Positions 38,352 through 48,300 of a stretch of DNA of 64,000 nucleotides are shown in pieces. Both the position numbers and the translations under genes were made by a program. Source of the DNA: Methanobacteriota archaeon (lineage in GTDB: Archaea > Thermoplasmatota > Poseidoniia > Poseidoniales > Poseidoniaceae); NCBI GenBank assembly GCA_002699515.1, contig PAAW01000025.1, positions 29,000 to 92,999 of the forward strand, given 5' to 3'. Each line of letters begins with the position of its first letter. The stretch's first letter is position 1. Below the pieces are notes generated by a model. That model saw only the letters and a list, made by a program, of their open reading frames with translations. It was not told the origin of the DNA and did not search any database.

Positions 38352-39116
38352 ATCTAGATCAATAATGACTGGTGCATGATCACTAACAACTAAACCTCCT
38401 TCACGATTTATTTCAGCATTTGTGATTAATTTAACTGCTGCTTCATTAGCTAGAAAATAATCAATTCTCCATCCTCTGTCGAGTATTCTTGCTCTTCCTC
38501 TATTTGACCACCATGAATATGGTCCCTTTTTATCGCCGAAAAAGGTTCTACAAACATCAGTCCATCCACATTCTAGAACTCTATCAAACCATTCCCTCTC
38601 ATGAGGTAAAAATCCAGATGACATTTTATTTCCAGAGGGGTTCCAAATATCATTTTCTGTATGTGCAATATTTAAGTCTCCTGCAACAATTACTGGCGTA
38701 TTTAGAGATACATATTCATTAAGCCAAATTAAAAAATCTTCCATCCATTTTTCTTTATACATTTGTCTCTCGACTTTTGAACTTCCACTGGGTAAATATG
38801 TGTTTATTAATATTAAATTTTCATGTTTTGTTACAAGAATTCTTCCTTCTTCATCAGAATCACTCGCTTTTCCCTTTTTCACGGTTTCAAATTTATTATT
38901 TGAAAAAGTAGCAACTCCAGAATAACCTTTCCTTAAGGCTGGGTGCCAAGAATAAGTCATTTCAAGTGGAGGTGTCCAATTTTTAGGTAATTGTTCTTCT
39001 AAACATCTAATTTCTTGTAACATTAGAATGTCAGGTTTCATTTGTTCAACAAAATCATCTAGTCCTTTGCGAATTGCAGCCCTAATTCCATTTACATTCC
39101 AAGAAATAATACGCAT
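38346..39116 (-). CDS. xth: exodeoxyribonuclease III (AP endonuclease, Xth family)
   Basis: MRIISWNVNGIRA N-terminus. The EEP-fold motifs LQEIR, the DH pair near the C-terminus and GDLNI are present. Confidence 0.85.
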   Translation of the reverse strand: MRIISWNVNGIRAAIRKGLDDFVEQMKPDILMLQEIRCLEEQLPKNWTPPLEMTYSWHPALRKGYSGVATFSNNKFETVKKGKASDSDEEGRILVTKHENLILINTYLPSGSSKVERQMYKEKWMEDFLIWLNEYVSLNTPVIVAGDLNIAHTENDIWNPSGNKMSSGFLPHEREWFDRVLECGWTDVCRTFFGDKKGPYSWWSNRGRARILDRGWRIDYFLANEAAVKLITNAEINREGGLVVSDHAPVIIDLDL

Positions 39117-39120
39117 ATTC

Positions 39121-39600
39121 TCACAGTAAATTTTCTATTAATCGTTCCAAATTTTGATTTCTTGCACAATAATGACATTGTAAAATCATTGGTGTTGTAC
39201 TTAGTACTTTTAGCCTATGAGGTAGTGGTTCTCTGACTGAATTACTTATACAATTCGAATATATGCAGTGTGCAACATTAATCATTTCATCAGATAATTG
39301 AATTGTTAATTTTTCTGCAACGGAATAATTTCTAATTATTGATACTGAAGCCATTGGTGCAATTAATGCTAATCTATCAAGTTCATCTTGTGTCAATTCT
39401 CTATCTTCAATTTTTAAGATGTCTTTAGTGCCAAGTTTACCCGATGGAACATTCATTACCAAGGATATTGGATTTGATTGTCTCCCATCAACATTAAAAA
39501 TTCGTAATGCTTGTAATACCATTCCTCCAGGAATATGATCTATTACCGTACCATTTCTAATTGCAGTAACTCTTCTCATTGATTGTTCATCAGCACTCAT
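39121..39600 (-). CDS. pyrI: aspartate carbamoyltransferase regulatory subunit
   Basis: IRNGTVIDHIP motif and C-terminal Zn-binding CxxC pairs. It directly follows pyrB with a 1-nt overlap. Confidence 0.85.
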   Translation of the reverse strand: MSADEQSMRRVTAIRNGTVIDHIPGGMVLQALRIFNVDGRQSNPISLVMNVPSGKLGTKDILKIEDRELTQDELDRLALIAPMASVSIIRNYSVAEKLTIQLSDEMINVAHCIYSNCISNSVREPLPHRLKVLSTTPMILQCHYCARNQNLERLIENLL

Positions 39601-40556
39601 TATTTTCCACCTCCTATTTTTTCAGGAATTGATATATTTAACATATCGCAGAGTAATGCCATCCTAGTAACAACTCCATTAAACGCCTGTTCAAAATATG
39701 CAGCATGTCTTGTAGAATCTACATCAGGATTTATTTCATCAACTCGAGGTAGTGGATGCATCACAATCATGTCTTTTTTAACAGAAGATAAATCATCAGC
39801 AACTAATTTATATACTCCAGCAATTCTTACATATTCGTCTTCATCAGGAAACCGTTCTTTTTGAATTCTAGTCATGTATACCACATCAGCATTTTCTAAT
39901 TGTGGTTTAAGTTCCTCGGTAATCTTCAATTCCCCTCCTTGTTCTTTTAGTTCATTGATTATCTCCTCTGGTAATTTAAGGCTTTCTGGACTAACTAGTG
40001 TTAATTTACAACCAAATCTTACTAATGCATATGAAAGAGAATGAACAGTTCTTCCAAATCTCAAATCACCAACTAATACAACATTTAAATTTTCTATTCT
40101 TCCATGTGCTTGCTTAATTGTAAATAAATCAAGCATTGTTTGAGTAGGATGGTGTCCTGCACCGTCACCTGCATTTGCAATAGGAACATTTGCACAGTCT
40201 GAAGCATATTGTGCGGCACCCTGCAATGGATGTCTTAGTGCAATAACATCAGAATATCCATCGACCATTCTAATTGTATCATGTAATGTTTCACCTTTTA
40301 CAACAGAAGAGGATGCTACCGCACCTAAATTAACCACATCTCCTCCCAAGCGTTTCATTGCTGTTTCAAATGACATTCTTGTTCTAGTAGATGGTTCAAA
40401 AAACAAATTACCAAGAATCTTACCCTGTAATAGAGGCAAGTGTAAATTTCCCTTTGCAACAGGTAATAATTTTTCAGCATCTGCAAGTATTCTATGAATG
40501 TCATCATTTGTCAAATCGTCCATCGTTATCAGAGAATTCATGTTCTTTCGCCCCAA
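39600..40556 (-). CDS. pyrB: aspartate carbamoyltransferase catalytic subunit
   Basis: Carbamoyl-phosphate-binding STRTR motif (FFEPSTRTRMSFE), HPLP, and HxLPR-like motifs. Confidence 0.9.
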   Translation of the reverse strand: MGRKNMNSLITMDDLTNDDIHRILADAEKLLPVAKGNLHLPLLQGKILGNLFFEPSTRTRMSFETAMKRLGGDVVNLGAVASSSVVKGETLHDTIRMVDGYSDVIALRHPLQGAAQYASDCANVPIANAGDGAGHHPTQTMLDLFTIKQAHGRIENLNVVLVGDLRFGRTVHSLSYALVRFGCKLTLVSPESLKLPEEIINELKEQGGELKITEELKPQLENADVVYMTRIQKERFPDEDEYVRIAGVYKLVADDLSSVKKDMIVMHPLPRVDEINPDVDSTRHAAYFEQAFNGVVTRMALLCDMLNISIPEKIGGGK

Positions 40557-40658
40557 TGGGCTTAGACGCCCGTCAATAACCCTTGCCCTATGTTGAAATG
40601 CAAAATAATTGAACTAATAGGGGTGTCATTCTTGAATAAGAGCATTGTCCGCTGTTTG

Positions 40659-41627
40659 ATGATAGTTAGCCGAACCCCCTTAAGAGTCTCTTTTTGTGGC
40701 GGTGGTTCAGACTTAAAAAAATATTACAGTTCTTCAAAAAAAGGAGGAAGAGTTACCTCAGTAGCCTTGAAAAAATACGTATATGTTACGGTTAATTCAA
40801 GATTTGACGAATCAGTTAGAGTATCATATTCACAAATGGAAATTGTTGACGATTTTGAAAAATTAAATCATCAACTAGTTAAAGAAGCAATGAGAATGAC
40901 TGGTGTTGTAAAAGGAGTTGAAATTACCACTATTGCAGATATACCAAGTAAAGGAAGCGGATTAGGCTCATCCTCATCAGTAACTGTAGGGTTATTACAT
41001 GCATTACATTGCTTTGCTGGAAGAACACCCAGTCCTTCACAATTAGCAGAAGAAGCATGTAAAATCGAGATTGAAATATTGGGGCAAACAATTGGAAAAC
41101 AGGATCAATACGCTGCTGCTTTTGGAGGCTGTAATTATATGATTTTTAATCCAGAGGGAACTGTTTCAGTTGAAAAATTATCTACTGAAATCTCATTAGA
41201 AAATAATTTTGCATTATTATATACGGGGATAACAAGATTGGCAAATAATATATTAAAAGAGCAAAATGACCGAACAGAAAAGAACCGGGAAAGTTTAGAT
41301 TTATTAGTAGAACAAGCCAATATTGCTAAAGAAATGATACTCGATAAGAATTATTCAGGATTAGCTAATTTGTTAAATGAAACTTGGATTTGTAAAAAAG
41401 AATTAGGCTCTAATGTATCAAATGAAAAAATAGATTTAATGTTTAATAAATTATATGATTGCGGAATTAATGGAGCAAAATTACTAGGTGCAGGAGGAGG
41501 TGGTTTTATTTTATTCGAAGGAGATAATGAGGTGATGGATATGGTTAAATCTGAATTTTCAGATAAAAAGGTTATACCTTTAGAAATTGATCATGAAGGT
41601 TCTTGTATTCTATTTTCAGATAGGTGA
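40659..41627 (+). CDS. GHMP-family sugar kinase (COG2605/HddA-like)
   Basis: MIVSRTPLRVSFCGGGSD parallels the HddA N-terminus (RTPFRISFFGGGTD). The GHMP ATP-binding motif SKGSGLGSSSSVTVG is present. The start was moved to the internal ATG 40659, because the track ORF begins at 40590 with a leader that lacks homology. Confidence 0.6.
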   Translation: MIVSRTPLRVSFCGGGSDLKKYYSSSKKGGRVTSVALKKYVYVTVNSRFDESVRVSYSQMEIVDDFEKLNHQLVKEAMRMTGVVKGVEITTIADIPSKGSGLGSSSSVTVGLLHALHCFAGRTPSPSQLAEEACKIEIEILGQTIGKQDQYAAAFGGCNYMIFNPEGTVSVEKLSTEISLENNFALLYTGITRLANNILKEQNDRTEKNRESLDLLVEQANIAKEMILDKNYSGLANLLNETWICKKELGSNVSNEKIDLMFNKLYDCGINGAKLLGAGGGGFILFEGDNEVMDMVKSEFSDKKVIPLEIDHEGSCILFSDR

Positions 41628-41631
41628 TTTA

Positions 41632-43995
41632 ATGAAAAAAGAGATATTAATGATATTATGTTTATTCATTAGTATATTTTCTTGTGTAATGCCATCAACA
41701 TTTGCAGAATCAGATTTAGAAGATGAATTAATAGAGTTATCATTTGATTTATTAGATTTAGAAACGGGACAAATAATTGATTCTGCAGAAATTTCTGTTG
41801 TTGAGGGATGGACAGGAACAATTATTGAACAAAAAACCCTCTTTTCTGGGGAATCAATTTTTGTAATTAAAAATCATAGTTTAAGATTTAAATTTTCTAA
41901 AGAAGGATATAATGATTGGAATTCAATTTCAGAAATTTATTCTGATGAAGAACTCATTAATGTAAATTTTACATCTAATCTTGAAACATATAATTTTACA
42001 ATTGAAGAGGAAGCAAATGTAACTGGAGGTACTATAGAATTATCATTTGATTCAATGTCTAGTAACTCAAATATTAATTTAAGTTGGGAAGCAAATTATG
42101 AGTTTTCTATGCATTTAGGTACAAATTTACTTCCAAATAAATCATTAGGGTTATCAGGTCAAATAGATTATTGGATTGGAGATATGGATGGCATATTACA
42201 ACTTGAAGAGAAGCAGTTGTTTACTAATTGGTTCCAAGAACAAGCCTGGACAGATCCTTACTTTGGGGGTTGTTGTAAAATCGATGGGCACTTTCCTTTA
42301 CTTTCAAATTTAGTATCTCCAGACGATACTTGGTTAGATGTTGGATTAGGGACTTGGGGGTGGAATGAATCTACAACATTGTCTGTCCATTCGGGATTTA
42401 CTGGAAATAGATTATTGGAAATACCTTTACAAAATGATATTAGGCAATTGGCAAATATGCAAATCATAACCCATCCTGAGTGGGAATATAGATTTTCTCC
42501 AAATTCAGATTGGATAAATGGAAGTCCTACAAATATTAATGTAAACAGGAGTTTTTCTGGAATTAATGGTTTTATTCCAATCACTTTTGCCAAGAATACT
42601 GCACCAATAGTACAGTCTGCAATAATTGGACATTTAGGCTCATCATTACCTTTGGATGTAAATATTACATTTGATGGTTCTAGTTCAACAGATTCATCCC
42701 ATAACATTGGTCTAGGTTCTAATTTAGAATGTATTTGGACATTAAAATCAGGAGATTTGATTTATGATTCCCCCCAAATGATTATGATAGTTAATCTAAC
42801 AGATTTAGGATTTTTATCGAACACGACATTAGAGACCTCATTAGAGTGTACAGACCCACAAGGATTAACAGATGTATGGAATAAAAGTTGGTATCTTGAT
42901 ACAACGCATCCTACAGCTATTGAATTATTTGGTGATGCAGTATGTATAGACAATCCATTGGAAACAAATTTGTTAGTATGTGATGAATTATTAGTTGAAT
43001 CTAGTAAGATGTTATTGTTTAATTTATCTTTAGAAGATGATGGTCCAGGGGATCCAATTGTATTTTGGTCATCTAATCATCTTGATGGCTGGGCAGCTGA
43101 AGGAAATGAAATGAATGTGGCTTTTTGGCAAGGACAAAATACGAACATCAATTTTGTAATGTATGATCAACATCATCAAGAAAGAGAATTATCTATTTGG
43201 AATTTAAGTCTTAGAATTTCCGATGAAGTAGCAAATGATTGGATCAAATCATGGAATGTCACAGTATCAGATGGCTCAGCACCAAGAATTAAGATGAAAT
43301 TATTAGATCAAGACCAACTTTTAGATCTAATGAATATTTATTCTGGAGATGAGGTTTTTGTCAATTTAAATTCTAGTTTTGATGATATTAATTCAATTGA
43401 AGATGTGAGATTTGTTATAAAATTAAATGGAAATATTATCGCAGATAGTAATGAAATAGGATGGGATGAGGTGAAATTATTCTCACTACCAAATCTTGCA
43501 GTAGGAATTCATGAATTAGTCATTATCGCGACAGACAAATCTGGCAATAATGCAGAAGAAAGATACGAATTTCATATTCTTCCTGCTCTCTCAATAAATA
43601 TTAGTACTGAAGTAAATGTTCCTTTAGGGAAACTAATTGAGGGTGAAAATGATCTAGAATTTAAATTAATAAATAAAGGAGGTTCTCCTTATGATGTAAT
43701 CATTTGTATTCAAAGTGATTGTTTAGATTATAATGGAACAGGAGCTACTATTGATGGATTTGGTTATTCTAATTTCACATTAAGTTTTAATTTAAATGAA
43801 TCCGAATTATTAGACGTCAATTATACCTTCAAATATGATTCAGAAATAATCCAATTTAATGAAACATATGACTTTGAATTTGAGGAGACTGTCGAGGAGA
43901 ATAGAATAATAAAAATCTTCATATTTTTCTTTGTATGTTTTTGTATTGTTTTTGGAATTAAAATTGTAATTGATAAGAAACGAGAACAAATCTGA
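41632..43995 (+). CDS. large secreted, sequon-rich surface protein with C-terminal TM anchor, hypothetical
   Basis: Signal peptide MKKEILMILCLFISIFSCVMPSTFA. It has more than 20 N-x-S/T sequons and a C-terminal hydrophobic anchor followed by a basic tail (KKREQI). The start was adjusted to ATG 41632. Confidence 0.5.
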   Translation: MKKEILMILCLFISIFSCVMPSTFAESDLEDELIELSFDLLDLETGQIIDSAEISVVEGWTGTIIEQKTLFSGESIFVIKNHSLRFKFSKEGYNDWNSISEIYSDEELINVNFTSNLETYNFTIEEEANVTGGTIELSFDSMSSNSNINLSWEANYEFSMHLGTNLLPNKSLGLSGQIDYWIGDMDGILQLEEKQLFTNWFQEQAWTDPYFGGCCKIDGHFPLLSNLVSPDDTWLDVGLGTWGWNESTTLSVHSGFTGNRLLEIPLQNDIRQLANMQIITHPEWEYRFSPNSDWINGSPTNINVNRSFSGINGFIPITFAKNTAPIVQSAIIGHLGSSLPLDVNITFDGSSSTDSSHNIGLGSNLECIWTLKSGDLIYDSPQMIMIVNLTDLGFLSNTTLETSLECTDPQGLTDVWNKSWYLDTTHPTAIELFGDAVCIDNPLETNLLVCDELLVESSKMLLFNLSLEDDGPGDPIVFWSSNHLDGWAAEGNEMNVAFWQGQNTNINFVMYDQHHQERELSIWNLSLRISDEVANDWIKSWNVTVSDGSAPRIKMKLLDQDQLLDLMNIYSGDEVFVNLNSSFDDINSIEDVRFVIKLNGNIIADSNEIGWDEVKLFSLPNLAVGIHELVIIATDKSGNNAEERYEFHILPALSINISTEVNVPLGKLIEGENDLEFKLINKGGSPYDVIICIQSDCLDYNGTGATIDGFGYSNFTLSFNLNESELLDVNYTFKYDSEIIQFNETYDFEFEETVEENRIIKIFIFFFVCFCIVFGIKIVIDKKREQI

Positions 43996-44008
43996 AAATG
44001 GTGGTAAT

Positions 44009-45736
44009 ATGCAAAATTCTATTTCAGAACTTATTGAAAAGAGAGAGTTAATAATTCAAAATAGAATAGAGAAATTATCTTTATTTTCAGGGCTTATTTT
44101 ATTTTTAACTGCATTATGGTGTTTATGGCCAGTATTCAGTAACAAGATAGATCCATTAGCGGTTCTAACTCCAGCAATTATAGCTTTGATATGGGCGGGA
44201 TTAATTCCAGATTTCCAAGTTTTAAATTCTACAACCCGTTCAAGACTTGGTGCTGCAACAAGTGTTTTTTGGCTCCCTCTTGCGGTATTAGGTTCTAAAT
44301 CAATTTTAGATTCAGATTTTATAATGGTTGGAGGTATTTTACTAATTACTTGTGCAGCATCATTATTATTGATATCTAGAAATTTACTTTATGGAGAATA
44401 TAAAGTAGTACGATACCGTTCAATTATGGGATTTGTAGGTGTTTTTGCAGGGTTATCTGTATTAATTCCCCAAGGGTTTGAAACTAATTCATTAGGCCTT
44501 TTAATTATTTTAATTGGATTAATTATCCCATTGAAAGATTGGTTTGGTAGTGATGAAAATAGGTCAGTTAGAAAGGAATTTAAACAGAAGTTAGATTTAA
44601 TTGAAAATGAATTATTGATTCATAGATCGAAGGGTAGAGCAGTAGATCAAGCAGCATCATTAGTTCTTTCAGCATCACAAGAAGGACATTTAGACCCTGA
44701 ATTCGGTCTTGAAATGATTTCTAGAGCAAGAGATTCAATGACTAGAGCCATACGCTTAGAAGAGGATATTATTGAAATTAGAGAAGATACTGAAATAATA
44801 ATCTCTAAAGCAGAAGATATAGCACCAATTGCGAAAACACCACGCAGAACCTTTATCCAAGCAGAAAGAGAAGTACAATTAGGAAGTTTAGAAGAAGGGG
44901 AATTTTTGTATAGGTTATCAAAAAAACAAGCAACTGAGATATGTGAATGGTGGGAAAAGGCCGAACTTGCAATAAGTGACGCAAAAAGATTACTTTTAGA
45001 ACAAAAAGGACAAGCTATAGAATCATTAGAATCATTACTTACTGAAGCAATGACTAATTTAGAGATCGAAAAACCAAAACAAGCATATGAATTTGCAATA
45101 TCAATACCTATTCAATTATCCTCTGTAGAGGGCAATGCTGAAATTGGTATTCAAGCAATAGACTCAGCAAAACAGAAATTAAAGGAATCTGATGGACTTA
45201 ATACAGAATTATGGATTGAAAACTTAGAAAGAGCCGAGAAAGCAATCGAAAAGGGAGATTATAGTCTTGGAAGAGGTTTGGCTGAGAGTGTTTTAAGACA
45301 AATCGATAGTGAAAGAGAATCCATGGATTTCCTCAGAAAGGCACTTAGACAAAGATCCAAAATTAAATCCAAATGGAAGAATTTTGCAAATAGTTCAGAG
45401 TGGGATAAACGTTTACAAGAAATAGAAGATGCAGCAAATGAGTTAGAATGGAGCCATGCAGCAGCGCTTTTCGAACGTTTGAATGATTCATTAGAATCTG
45501 AGATTAATGCTTTTTCAGAAGCCAGTGAATTACTAGAATTTGCAAAGAATGAGTGGACAACATTAAGAAATAAATGTGAGAAAATAGGGATTGATATTCT
45601 TGATAAGCAACGTAGAAATGCTGAACAATTTATTTCAGAGGCCACAATAGCAATTGAAAATGGTGAACTAAAAGTATGTTTAGATAAATTAGGAGAAACA
45701 GATAAAATGATGGAGAAATTAAGAAGAAGAGTTTAG
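44009..45736 (+). CDS. membrane protein with 5 N-terminal TM helices and a ~400-aa helical cytoplasmic domain, hypothetical
   Basis: ORF immediately downstream of, and overlapping the end of, the 802-aa surface protein gene. It is probably started at ATG 44009, which follows a ggtgg SD-like element. The cytoplasmic part is E/K/L/A-rich and helical. Confidence 0.45.
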   Translation: MQNSISELIEKRELIIQNRIEKLSLFSGLILFLTALWCLWPVFSNKIDPLAVLTPAIIALIWAGLIPDFQVLNSTTRSRLGAATSVFWLPLAVLGSKSILDSDFIMVGGILLITCAASLLLISRNLLYGEYKVVRYRSIMGFVGVFAGLSVLIPQGFETNSLGLLIILIGLIIPLKDWFGSDENRSVRKEFKQKLDLIENELLIHRSKGRAVDQAASLVLSASQEGHLDPEFGLEMISRARDSMTRAIRLEEDIIEIREDTEIIISKAEDIAPIAKTPRRTFIQAEREVQLGSLEEGEFLYRLSKKQATEICEWWEKAELAISDAKRLLLEQKGQAIESLESLLTEAMTNLEIEKPKQAYEFAISIPIQLSSVEGNAEIGIQAIDSAKQKLKESDGLNTELWIENLERAEKAIEKGDYSLGRGLAESVLRQIDSERESMDFLRKALRQRSKIKSKWKNFANSSEWDKRLQEIEDAANELEWSHAAALFERLNDSLESEINAFSEASELLEFAKNEWTTLRNKCEKIGIDILDKQRRNAEQFISEATIAIENGELKVCLDKLGETDKMMEKLRRRV

Positions 45737-45738
45737 TA

Positions 45739-46455
45739 TTACTCTTCTGCTAATAATATCTTCACATCTTCTACAACTAATTCTGGAACCCAATCTAAAT
45801 CCATCCATTCAACTCTTTGTTTTAGGTTTTTATCTAAAATGAATGAAGAGGTTGTATGATTCAAAAAATATTCGAATGGGTGGTGACGTGCACTGGTTTC
45901 TGAATTATTTGCTTCACTGGCTTTATAGGTTTTCAATCCAACACCAAAAGCACCCCATATTTCTTCCATAACTCCAATTTCTTCAGGATTAAATTCTCCA
46001 TCCCCATCAGGATCAACATCCCAAGAAAGAAAATTCCAATCAACAGACATATTTTCTTTCCATTGACCCATTGCTTCTGGAGTATCTAACCAAGGATCTA
46101 CAGTTATTGCAAGGATTTCCAAATCATTATTATATTCTTCAGGGAATTGCTCGGAGAGCCATTTTAGAGATTGAACTACAACAGGGCAAACATCAGGACA
46201 TCTAGTAAATACAAAAGAAATTACAACAACTTTACCTTTAAATTCAGTAATATTAAATTCAGTATTTGTTTCATTAATTAAAGTAAACATCGGGACATCT
46301 TTACTTTCAATATCAATTCCAAAAAAAACATCTTTGTTTTCTACACTTGCTGGCTCATAACATCCAGGAAGTAAAATTACTAACATTAAAAGAATAGAAA
46401 TTATTTTTTTTACATACATCATTTTCACCTTAGGAATTTGTATACGGAATATCAA
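45739..46455 (-). CDS. SCO1/SenC-family thioredoxin-fold copper chaperone (lipoprotein-like)
   Basis: VVISFVFTRCPDVCPVV carries the SCO CxxxC motif. An N-terminal hydrophobic anchor ends in PGC. Confidence 0.65.
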   Translation of the reverse strand: MIFRIQIPKVKMMYVKKIISILLMLVILLPGCYEPASVENKDVFFGIDIESKDVPMFTLINETNTEFNITEFKGKVVVISFVFTRCPDVCPVVVQSLKWLSEQFPEEYNNDLEILAITVDPWLDTPEAMGQWKENMSVDWNFLSWDVDPDGDGEFNPEEIGVMEEIWGAFGVGLKTYKASEANNSETSARHHPFEYFLNHTTSSFILDKNLKQRVEWMDLDWVPELVVEDVKILLAEE

Positions 46456-48259
46456 TATCCAACTGCATTACATATAATCCCGTAGTAATACATGATGCGT
46501 ATGTAATCCCATCTTGCCATTCTGCAGCCCATAAGAATGGAGTCCATCCAAAATCATAGTAGTTAGAATCAAGTGGAACCCCATCTTGTCCATGAGGTAA
46601 ATAATAAGCAACTGTTGCTTCAAAATTAATATCAGTTCTATTGTCGCTGTCTTCTGCAGCCATTAATGTTTCAATATCTACAACCCATAAACCTGCATGA
46701 TAGTGAGAGATATACAGTCTTCCATCCCATCCACCACCATGAGATGTGTCTGTATTTTCATCGGTAACAAAATATTCTGAATCTAAGTTATGAGGACTAA
46801 ATAATAACCATTCTTCTGCACTAGGATGTGCTATACAATCTGCTCCATAGCAATGGTCCTCAGCATAAGGGATTTCCCAGTCTCTAATTAATTGCGGTAA
46901 GAACCTTAAGTTTCCATTTTCCATTTTATATTCTGTAGTATCTATAAGGTAAATAAGACCAGTACCTACATTTGTCGAAAGTACTTCAACTGCTGCTAGA
47001 CTTAGATGTCTTTTTCCCTCATAACCAAGATGGCTGGCATCTACCATTTCTGGAAATGGCTCAGTATAATGGATGTAAGAGGATCTACCTCCATTTTCAT
47101 TACTAGTAGTTCCACTATCAGGTTCTCCATTTTCATCAAAATCTGCAAACTCCATCCATTGCCCTACTTCTGGAGCTCTCCATCTACAAAGTACTGGATT
47201 TCCTAACCCTGCTTTACAAGTAGTGGCCATTAATGTATAGGCTTCTGGAGAGTTTTGAGGATGCGGGACATCTGAAACATCAGCTATTCGGAGGCCTGCT
47301 TCCCAATATGCACCATAGATGTAGGTTCTTCCATATCTTGGATCTTCAGTATCATCCCCAGGCCATAACTGAACAGTCATATCATGAATGTAAATCCACC
47401 CACCTCTAGTCGAGTCCCAATTTACTTCATATTCTCCAACTTTAATTACTGTATGTCCAGCACCTGAAGATTGAACACCAGGCAATAAATTAGCAGCGGA
47501 ACCTTGTAAATTAAGATGAGCAATTGTTACTCCTCCACAAGCTTCACCTACTGCACTATCACAGTCTTCATAATCAGGGTTTGCAACAAAGATATACCAT
47601 TCATTATCAATCATATGAGTGTAAAGGTTATGTGGACCACTAGGGTGATCAGCATCATACCAAGAGTCTACATGCGTGGGGTTTTCTTTATCTGTAACAT
47701 CTATTAAATTTACAGAAACTTGCATGGGGTCAGACCATTCCCCTACATTTGGATCAGCATATCCTGGATCGATTAATTGATTTTGAGATATAATATACTC
47801 TCTTCCATCATATTCAAGATATTTCACATCTAAAACTTGTGTATTAGGGTCAACATATTTTCCAACTTGAGTAACATTACGAGGATCTGTAACATCAGTA
47901 ATATGGAATTCAGACCAACCTGCTTGGTAAACATATGTTCTCCCATCTGGAGATGTAGCAACTTGAATTTCTGCATTTCCAGGGTTTGTCAGTGGTTCAA
48001 AATCCAATAGTTCTACATTTCCAGAAGATAAATTATGTTGGGATGCGTTTCTATGATCATGCTCATCACCTTGTAAAAGAGGGTCTCCCTCGCCAAATAA
48101 TGAATTTGTGTTTTCATTAATCTCTTCTCCACCTAAAAAGAACATAGAGCTTGTAATTATACTAATTATTATCAGGACTGAAAGTAAAAAAACCATGATT
48201 TCTTTACTTTGAAAATCATTCGGTTTGAATCCTTTTTGTTCACCCATTGATACACCCAA
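46430..48259 (-). CDS. secreted LVIVD-repeat β-propeller-like surface protein
   Basis: N-terminal TM/signal anchor. LVIVD-like repeats recur: YVYQAGWSEFHITDVTDP, WYIFVANPDYED, TYIYGAYWEAGLRIADVSDV and RLYISHYHAGLWVVDIE. Confidence 0.5.
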   Translation of the reverse strand: MGVSMGEQKGFKPNDFQSKEIMVFLLSVLIIISIITSSMFFLGGEEINENTNSLFGEGDPLLQGDEHDHRNASQHNLSSGNVELLDFEPLTNPGNAEIQVATSPDGRTYVYQAGWSEFHITDVTDPRNVTQVGKYVDPNTQVLDVKYLEYDGREYIISQNQLIDPGYADPNVGEWSDPMQVSVNLIDVTDKENPTHVDSWYDADHPSGPHNLYTHMIDNEWYIFVANPDYEDCDSAVGEACGGVTIAHLNLQGSAANLLPGVQSSGAGHTVIKVGEYEVNWDSTRGGWIYIHDMTVQLWPGDDTEDPRYGRTYIYGAYWEAGLRIADVSDVPHPQNSPEAYTLMATTCKAGLGNPVLCRWRAPEVGQWMEFADFDENGEPDSGTTSNENGGRSSYIHYTEPFPEMVDASHLGYEGKRHLSLAAVEVLSTNVGTGLIYLIDTTEYKMENGNLRFLPQLIRDWEIPYAEDHCYGADCIAHPSAEEWLLFSPHNLDSEYFVTDENTDTSHGGGWDGRLYISHYHAGLWVVDIETLMAAEDSDNRTDINFEATVAYYLPHGQDGVPLDSNYYDFGWTPFLWAAEWQDGITYASCITTGLYVMQLDIDIPYTNS

Positions 48260-48300
48260 TACAACGTTTTTTATTTATGCATTGGTGACATGGGCTCATC

